This document shows, one piece after another, positions 57,688-64,000 of a DNA stretch of 64,000 nucleotides (position 1 is its first letter; every line of letters begins with the position of its first letter). The notes below the pieces were generated by a model. It searched no databases. It was not told where the DNA came from and saw only the letters and a list, made by a program, of their open reading frames with translations. Position numbers and translations under genes: made by a program. This DNA is from a virus. Taxonomy: Duplodnaviria > Caudoviricetes. Location: positions 32,001 to 96,000 of the IMG/VR virus record IMGVR_UViG_2806310979_000001, one strand, 5' to 3'.

Positions 57688-58490
57688 AGCGGAAGTTTTG
57701 GAACTGGATAAGGAATGAAGATGAGAGCGTGCCTGACATGGAAAGGACGCTCTTTTTAAATGGCATGATTTCGGATGAAACATGGTACGGGGATGAAGTC
57801 ACCCCGCAGCTTTTCAAAGATGAGCTGAATGCCGGAAATGGAAATATCACGGTGTGGATCAATTCACCGGGCGGTGATGTGTTTGCAGCAGCCCAGATCT
57901 ATAACATGCTCCGTGATTATAAGGGAAGTGTGACGGTCAAGATTGATGGTATTGCAGCTTCAGCAGCATCCGTGATCGCTATGGCAGGAGATACGGTCTG
58001 TGTATCCCCGGTGGCTATGATGATGATCCATAATCCTGCAACGATGGCAATGGGTGAGGCGAAGGATATGCAGAAAGCAATCGCCATGCTGAATGAGGTC
58101 AAGGAATCTATCCTGAATGCCTATGAATTCAAGACGGGGCTTACCCGTGCAAGGCTCTCACACATGATGGATGACGAGACCTGGTTCAATGCAAAGAAGG
58201 CGGTGGAGCTTGGCTTTGCGGATAAGATCCTTTTTGATTCCGATGAGGATGAGAAAAAGAAAAAGCCGGATGAGCCGGAAGAAAAGCCGGAGAAAGGAAG
58301 CAATGGAGAGAAAGGGGACGGAGAGGGCGATAAGGACAAAAACGGGAAAAAGAAGCTCCCGTTCCAGCAGGATTCCATGATGTTTTCCACCAAGGCGATG
58401 AATGAGTCGTTCCTTTCCAAGGTGTCCGATAAGGATGCCATGATACCGGTCAACCAGTTGGAGAAGAGACTGAGTCTCTTAGCACATTAA
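57684..58490 (+). CDS. ClpP-type prohead protease
   Basis: WINSPGGDV, AASAAS, IHNP; charged low-complexity insert near C-terminus. Confidence 0.95.
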   Translation: MKRKFWNWIRNEDESVPDMERTLFLNGMISDETWYGDEVTPQLFKDELNAGNGNITVWINSPGGDVFAAAQIYNMLRDYKGSVTVKIDGIAASAASVIAMAGDTVCVSPVAMMMIHNPATMAMGEAKDMQKAIAMLNEVKESILNAYEFKTGLTRARLSHMMDDETWFNAKKAVELGFADKILFDSDEDEKKKKPDEPEEKPEKGSNGEKGDGEGDKDKNGKKKLPFQQDSMMFSTKAMNESFLSKVSDKDAMIPVNQLEKRLSLLAH

Positions 58491-58504
58491 GGAGGATATG
58501 AACT

Positions 58505-59710
58505 ATGAGTAAGATTTTAGAATTAAGAGAAAAGAGAGCGAAGGCATGGGAAGCTGCAAAGGCATTCCTCGATGCCAAGAGAACACAGGAAGGTTTTGTA
58601 TCTGCAGAAGATGCAGCCACCTATGACAAGATGGAAGCGGATGTCGTAAATCTTGGAAAAGAGATCGAGAGACTGGAAAGACAGGCTGCCATTGATGCAG
58701 AGCTTGCAAAGGCAACAAGCACCCCGATCACAAACCAGCCGCATGCCGGAACTGGCGGGGAGGTAAAAACAGGAAGGGCAACCGATGAATACAGAAGAGC
58801 GTTCTGGAATGGTATGAGAAACAAAATGTCATACGAAGTACAGAACGCTCTTTCTATTGGTACGGATTCCGAGGGTGGATATCTTGTGCCGGATGAGTAT
58901 GAAAGAACACTGGTGGAAGCCCTGAATGATGAAGTATTCTTCCGTAATCTGGCTACTGTTATCAAGACATCGAGCGGTGACCGTAAGATTCCAATCGTCA
59001 CATCAAAGGGTGAGGCAGCATGGATCGATGAAGGAGGTCAGTTTACAGAATCCAATGACAGTTTTGGGCAGACAACCATTGGTGCTCATAAGCTGGCAAC
59101 CATGATCAAGGTTTCAGATGAGCTTTTAAATGACAGCGTGTTTAATATCGAACAGTATATTTCCAGGGAGTTTGGAAGAAGAATCGGTGCAAAGGAAGAA
59201 GAAGCATTTTTCATCGGTGACGGAGCAGGAAAACCTACAGGTATTTTCAACGCAACAGGCGGTGCTGAAACAGGAGTGACAGCTGCAAATACCACCATTA
59301 CGTTTGATGATGTCATGGATCTTTACTATTCCCTTCGTGCTCCATACCGTAACAAAGCGGTATGGCTTCTGAATGATTCGACCGTTAAGGCGATCAGAAA
59401 ACTGAAGGATGGAAATGGAAATTATATCTGGCAGCCCTCTGTAAGGGAAGGAGAGCCGGACAGAATCTTGAACCGTCCTTACCGTACATCCATTTATGTG
59501 CCGGAGCTTGCAGCAGGAAAACGTGTGATGGCATTCGGTGATTACAGTTATTACTGGATCGCAGAACGCCAGGGCAGAAGTTTCAAGAGACTGAATGAGC
59601 TTTATGCTACAACGGGACAGGTTGGATTTCTCGCTTCCGAGCGTGTTGACGGCAAGCTGATCCTGTCTGAAGCAGTGAAAACACTCGATGTGAAAGCTGC
59701 CGGAAAGTAG
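58505..59710 (+). CDS. Major capsid protein, HK97 fold
   Basis: Close paralogue of 881-2083. Confidence 0.96.
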   Translation: MSKILELREKRAKAWEAAKAFLDAKRTQEGFVSAEDAATYDKMEADVVNLGKEIERLERQAAIDAELAKATSTPITNQPHAGTGGEVKTGRATDEYRRAFWNGMRNKMSYEVQNALSIGTDSEGGYLVPDEYERTLVEALNDEVFFRNLATVIKTSSGDRKIPIVTSKGEAAWIDEGGQFTESNDSFGQTTIGAHKLATMIKVSDELLNDSVFNIEQYISREFGRRIGAKEEEAFFIGDGAGKPTGIFNATGGAETGVTAANTTITFDDVMDLYYSLRAPYRNKAVWLLNDSTVKAIRKLKDGNGNYIWQPSVREGEPDRILNRPYRTSIYVPELAAGKRVMAFGDYSYYWIAERQGRSFKRLNELYATTGQVGFLASERVDGKLILSEAVKTLDVKAAGK

Positions 59711-59719
59711 GTGGACTGA

Positions 59720-59995
59720 ATGTTTGTAACGCTTGAGGAAGCCAAAGGGTATCTGAGGGTGGATTCGTCAGACGAGGATAGTTTTATCCTCGGTCTGATG
59801 GAAACTGCAAATGCCCTGATTAAAAATGTAACAAGACGGACTCCGGCGGTACTTAAGAAGCATGAAGCAGTTGTGCGGACAGCGGAGCTGTATGTGATCG
59901 CTTATCTTTATGAGCACAGAGAGGAAGCTGACCATAAGACCATGACGGAGACCGTGAAATATCTGCTCTTTGGCATACGGAAGGAGAAATTTTAA
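59720..59995 (+). CDS. Head-tail connector
   Basis: VTLEEAKGYLRVD..DED, LYEHRE. Confidence 0.9.
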   Translation: MFVTLEEAKGYLRVDSSDEDSFILGLMETANALIKNVTRRTPAVLKKHEAVVRTAELYVIAYLYEHREEADHKTMTETVKYLLFGIRKEKF

Positions 59996-60324
59996 TGATC
60001 GAACTGATGCGTGACCGGATCACGATCCAGAAAAGTTCCGTGAAAACAGATAAGATCGGAAACCATGCGGCAGTCTGGGAAGATGTGTATTCCTGTGCTG
60101 CTTATGCTAATAACCTGTCAGGAAAAGAATACTGGGCAGCAAAGCAGTTGAATGCCCAGTCTGAACTGGACTTTATTATCCGGTACTGCAGTGAGGTGGC
60201 AGCCCTGGACAGCGAGCATTACCGCATCAGGTTTCGTGGGGATCTTTATAATATTACGTTTATTGATAACGTGCAGTATAAAAACAAATCCGTCAGGATC
60301 CGTGCGGAACGGGGCAAACGGTGA
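59995..60324 (+). CDS. Head closure protein
   Basis: RITIQK, DKIGN, FIIRY, YRIRF..YNI. Confidence 0.85.
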   Translation: MIELMRDRITIQKSSVKTDKIGNHAAVWEDVYSCAAYANNLSGKEYWAAKQLNAQSELDFIIRYCSEVAALDSEHYRIRFRGDLYNITFIDNVQYKNKSVRIRAERGKR

Positions 60325-60336
60325 GATGAATTGAAG

Positions 60337-60720
60337 ATGGCAAAGAAAATCAAAGCAGATGCCCTTGCATCGGAAGTCATGAAGGAGCTGGACGATTATT
60401 CCAGTCTGACTACGGAAGTGATGAAGAAGGCGGTCAGGAATGCCGGAAAAACAGTCCGGGAGGAGATCGCAGACACAGCACCGAAAAAGACCGGAACTTA
60501 TGGAAAAAGCTGGGCGGTCAAAAAGACCGGGGAAGACAGTAAGTCCCTGCAGGTAACGGTACATTCCAAAAACCGATACCAGATCGCTCATCTCCTGGAG
60601 CATGGACATGCAAAAAGGGGAGGCGGCCGGGTAGCAGCAAGACCGCATATTGCACCTGCAGAGGAGAATGGAATCCGGCAGCTTGAGGAAGAAATCGAGA
60701 GGGGGATCCGGAATGGATGA
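60337..60720 (+). CDS. HK97 gp10-family protein
   Basis: APKKTGTYGKSW, HLLEHGHAKRGGGRV. Confidence 0.85.
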   Translation: MAKKIKADALASEVMKELDDYSSLTTEVMKKAVRNAGKTVREEIADTAPKKTGTYGKSWAVKKTGEDSKSLQVTVHSKNRYQIAHLLEHGHAKRGGGRVAARPHIAPAEENGIRQLEEEIERGIRNG

Positions 60721-61030
60721 TCTGGTTAAGATGATGGAAGAAACAGGACTGCCATTTGCCTACGACCACTTTGAAGAGGGGGAAGCAGCAGAGCCACCGT
60801 TTGTATGCTATCTTCTTCCGCAGAGTAATCATTTTTCTGCGGACGGGAAGGTGTATCTGAAGATTACGGAAGTCCATATCGAACTGTATACCGACTGTAA
60901 GGACTTGTCGGCAGAACAGAAAGTAGAAGCCGTGCTGGATAAGCAGGGTATTTTTTATGAGAAATCCGAGGTATGGATTGAAAGCGAGAAATTGTATGAA
61001 GTCCTGTATTCATTTGAGATGGAGGTTTAG
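60713..61030 (+). CDS. Tail terminator-like protein
   Basis: Paralogue of 3084-3404. Confidence 0.75.
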   Translation: MDDLVKMMEETGLPFAYDHFEEGEAAEPPFVCYLLPQSNHFSADGKVYLKITEVHIELYTDCKDLSAEQKVEAVLDKQGIFYEKSEVWIESEKLYEVLYSFEMEV

Positions 61031-61032
61031 AC

Positions 61033-61629
61033 ATGGGAAATAAAGTAAAATATAATCTGAAAAATGTCCATGCAGCAAAGCTGAAGGAAACAGTGAGCAG
61101 CAGCGGTGAGACAACATTTTCTTATGAAAATCCAAAGGCAATCCCCGGAGCAGTCAGTATCAGCTTGGATGCGGAAGGGGAATCCACACCGTTTTATGCA
61201 GACGGTATCGTATATTTCCGTTCCGTGACCAATAACGGATACAGTGGTGATCTGGAAATTGCACTGATCCCGGAGTGGTTCCGGACGGAGATCTTACAGG
61301 AGAAGCTGGATGGAAAAGGCGTGCTTGTGGAAAGTACAAACATCGGGGAAAGTGTAAAATTTGCCCTGTTATTTGAATTTGACGGGGATGTGAATAGTAT
61401 CCGCCATGTGATGTATAACTGTACGGCATCCCGCCCGTCCATCGAATCCGAAACAAAAGAGGATACGATCGAACCTGGAACGGAGAAGCTGTCACTGACG
61501 GCTGATCCGAGAAGTGACGGACTGGTAAAGAGCCGTACCGGAGATACCACGGATGCAGCGACATATGCGAACTGGTATAAGTCCGTATATATTCCATCAG
61601 AAACAGAAGAAAGCAGTGCGAAAGGATAA
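61033..61629 (+). CDS. Major tail protein (phi13 family)
   Basis: Paralogue of 3407-3994. Confidence 0.92.
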   Translation: MGNKVKYNLKNVHAAKLKETVSSSGETTFSYENPKAIPGAVSISLDAEGESTPFYADGIVYFRSVTNNGYSGDLEIALIPEWFRTEILQEKLDGKGVLVESTNIGESVKFALLFEFDGDVNSIRHVMYNCTASRPSIESETKEDTIEPGTEKLSLTADPRSDGLVKSRTGDTTDAATYANWYKSVYIPSETEESSAKG

Positions 61630-61640
61630 GGTGAAAGGAT

Positions 61641-62015
61641 ATGTTAAAAAGAGAAATTGAAATCTGTGGGAAAAAGATCCCGTTCCGGTCATCTGCGACC
61701 GTTCCGAGATTATACCGTGCAAAGTTCAAGAGGGATATTTTTAAGGATCTGTCGAAATTGGAAAAATCCTATAAGTGTAAGACCGAGGATGGGGATGAGT
61801 TCAAGATTGATGACCTGGAGATCTTTGAGAATGTTGCATATATCATGGCCTACCATGCGGATAACAGCATCCCGGCATCCATTGATGACTGGCTGGATCA
61901 GTTTGATATGTTTTCCATCTATGAGGTACTGCCTCAGATCCTGGAACTGTGGGGCGATAATCTTGCAACAGAGGTGGCAGCAAAAAAAGGCCTGGCAGAA
62001 GTGAACGGGAAATGA
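61641..62015 (+). CDS. Tail assembly chaperone
   Basis: Paralogue of 3991-4365; slippery A7G at 61982-61989. Confidence 0.82.
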   Translation: MLKREIEICGKKIPFRSSATVPRLYRAKFKRDIFKDLSKLEKSYKCKTEDGDEFKIDDLEIFENVAYIMAYHADNSIPASIDDWLDQFDMFSIYEVLPQILELWGDNLATEVAAKKGLAEVNGK

Positions 62016-62176
62016 CAACACCGCTGTTCCTTCTGCGCAGCGTAGAGATTGGAATATCTATATCGGATCTGGATCTTCTGACGGTGGGGCTGGTGATCGA
62101 CATGTGGACGGAAAAAGCAAATGATAGCGTGAAATATAATAAGATCGCCACGCAGGATGATTTTGATAAATTCTGA
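61982..62176 (+). CDS. Tail chaperone -1 frameshift extension (absent from ORF track)
   Basis: KKRPGRSEREMTTPLFLLRSVEIG...QDDFDKF, paralogue of 4332-4526. Confidence 0.75.
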   Translation, partial: KKRPGRSEREMTTPLFLLRSVEIGISISDLDLLTVGLVIDMWTEKANDSVKYNKIATQDDFDKF

Positions 62177-62381
62177 TAGCAGCATCAGAAAAATCATGTT
62201 ATTATGATATTGTATAATTTCTGTTTGAAAGAATACAGAAATTATTCTCCACTCCTGAGAAAATAATTATGCAGGGATAATCCTTGGAAAATATTCTATG
62301 GATTCAGCTTAGAAGGTGACAAAAAGTGTCCGCTATCTTCTGCAGGTTGTTTAATGGAATCAGGAAGAAAGGAGGATAACT

Positions 62382-62582
62382 ATGGCTAAGAGAAAAGGAG
62401 TATCTGGTAAAACTCATACGAAACAGCAGCTTAATGATTATGCCAATCAGAATAATCCGAATAATAAGGCATACCGGGCGAGAAGAACAAACGAAGAAAA
62501 AGCCCGAAAAACAAGGAATCACTTTGACCAAGATATGATCTATTATGAGCCGGATCTTGGTTTTGGATGGTGTGATGACTAG
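62382..62582 (+). CDS. Small moron protein (basic N-terminus, ANQNNPNN motif, acidic tail)
   Basis: RBS AAGGAGG; AT-rich insert between chaperone and TMP. Confidence 0.7.
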   Translation: MAKRKGVSGKTHTKQQLNDYANQNNPNNKAYRARRTNEEKARKTRNHFDQDMIYYEPDLGFGWCDD

Positions 62583-62606
62583 GATTTGAGAAAGGCAGGT
62601 ATTTGT

Positions 62607-62795
62607 ATGGGAAACTTTTTTTATAACCTTTTTAATGGAAAGACGGGCTATACAATATCGGATAGCATGGCAGTGGATGAAGATGGTGATCTTTTAATGA
62701 GGTTATCTGATCATACGGTTATGGATATGGATACAGGGGAAATTGGTTTTTTATCATCGGCAGGAAATCTGTTTGATGAGGAAGATGAATGGTAA
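62607..62795 (+). CDS. Small acidic moron protein
   Basis: RBS-like GGCAGGT before ATG 62607; D/E-rich 62 aa. Confidence 0.65.
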   Translation: MGNFFYNLFNGKTGYTISDSMAVDEDGDLLMRLSDHTVMDMDTGEIGFLSSAGNLFDEEDEW

Positions 62796-62818
62796 TGTAA
62801 ACCTGATATGACGAATGG

Positions 62819-62914
62819 AAAAGCATCGCATTTTGCGGTGCTTTTCCTATACTTAGAGAATTATGATTTTATGAAAATAAGCATCGATCATTTAGTTGTG
62901 ATCGGTGCTTTTTT
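62819..62914 (+). terminator. Two AGCATCG...CGGTGCTTTT hairpins
   Basis: AAAAGCATCGCATTTTGCGGTGCTTTT and AAGCATCGATCA-loop-TGATCGGTGCTTTTTT. Confidence 0.7.
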
Positions 62915-62939
62915 CTGCCATGACGGGGGGTGTGTGCAG

Positions 62940-64000
62940 GTGGCAAGCAGGATTAAAGGAATCACGGTCGAGATCGGCGGGGATACCACTGGTCTTGACA
63001 AAGCCCTGAAAAATGTAAATGCAACGATCAGGTCGACCCAGTCCTCGTTGAAGGATGTCAATAAGCTGTTGAAACTGGATCCGGCAAATACAGAGCTGCT
63101 TGCACAGAAGCAGAAACTCTTAAAGGATGCCATTGGTTCTACCAAAGAAAAACTGGATGCTTTAAAAACAGCACAGGAACAGGCAAAGCAGCAGCTGGAG
63201 AATGGGGATCTGGGACAGGACAAATATGATGCCCTTCAGAGGGAGATCATCGAAACGGAACAGGAACTCCAAAAACTGGCACAGGAAGCAGTAAATTCCA
63301 ATGCTGCCTTGCAAAAATCGAAGAGGTTGGTGGGAAGCTGGAGTCAGTCGGAAATAAGATATCCGGTGTCGGAACAAAAATGCTTCCCGTTACAGCGGCA
63401 GTTGCAGGTCTTGGTACGGCAGCCGTGAAGACTACGGCAGATTTTGATTCTTCCATGAGCCAGGTACAGGCCACGATGGGAATTACGGCTGATTCCATGT
63501 CAAAGGTGGATGGACAGTCAGTAAATACAATGGATACCCTGCGTACCCTGGCGAAGCAGATGGGAGAGAAAACAGCCTTTTCTGCAAGTGAGTGTGCACA
63601 GGCACTTAATTACCTTGCTTTGGCAGGTTATGATACACAGCAGATGTGTGATACGCTTCCAACGGTACTGAATCTGGCAGCTGCAGGAGATATCGATCTT
63701 GCATCTGCATCGGATATGGTAACGGATGCCATGTCAGCCCTTGGCATGCAGACGGATGAAGCCAATACAATGGTCGATCAGATGGCAAAAACAGCATCGA
63801 CAACGAACACATCCGTGGCGCAGCTTGGGGAAGGAATCCTTACCATTGGTGCAACTGCCAAATCCGTAAAAGGCGGTACAGCAGAATTAAATACGGCCCT
63901 TGGTATTCTGGCCAATAATGGTATCAAGGGAGCAGAGGGCGGTACACATCTTAGAAACGTGATCCTTGCATTACAGAGCCCGACCGATAAGGCAGCTGCC
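62940..64000 (+). pseudogene. Tape measure protein, frameshifted at about 63307 (real or assembly error), truncated by window end
   Basis: ASRIKGITVEIGGDTTGL start; TMP-like sequence (LAKIEEVGGKLESVG...TADFDSSMSQV) continues in the -1 frame to the window end. Confidence 0.85.

Larger units (their letters stand above)
35050..64000 (+). mobile_element. Prophage 2 (replication, packaging, head, tail; continues beyond window; left boundary undefined and may include upstream cargo)
   Basis: PolA/SSB/VapE/SNF2 replication block, HNH, terminases, portal, capsid, tail. Confidence 0.95.

Noticed and set aside
35574-63812. Many long antisense or alternate-frame ORFs (e.g. 54574-55437, 50603-51286, 46797-47420, 53662-54261)
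   Set aside because: They overlap well-supported genes, lack RBS and motifs, and are expected shadows in higher-GC coding DNA
1-64000. CRISPR array, tRNA or rRNA genes
   Set aside because: No regularly spaced repeat-spacer pattern or recognisable tRNA/rRNA seen by eye; intergenic gaps are short

Overview
Firmicutes (Lachnospiraceae/Clostridiales-like) DNA that is entirely mobile or accessory. It holds two related HK97-fold siphovirus-type prophage modules in tandem on the + strand, separated by about 18 kb of cargo. (1) 155-17038: head protease, capsid, tail, lysis and two large serine recombinases (LSRs). There is no portal next to the protease, the tail-fibre region looks collapsed, and a MerR/TipA-led moron sits before the tape measure. 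(2) 17048-34650: a convergent five-gene operon containing a third LSR whose C-terminal domain is repeated in two standalone proteins, followed by two ParB-fold proteins. After it come three XRE regulators, a lipoprotein, a SymE-like toxin, an AT-rich BsuMI/LlaJI-like restriction-modification system (controller, two C5 methyltransferases, separate R1, McrB, McrC), a LexA-boxed small gene and an ImmR/ImmA pair. (3) 35050-64000: a more GC-rich prophage with PolA, SSB, VapE primase-helicase, SNF2, an orphan MazF, HNH, methyltransferases, amidoligase/GGCT, terminases, portal, head and tail genes, and a frameshifted tape measure running off the window. The best candidate for an undescribed system is the triple-LSR / repeated-domain / double-ParB module at 14188-21928. 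Family assignments come from motifs recognised by eye, not database searches. Several starts were moved from the ORF track to the RBS-supported codon.
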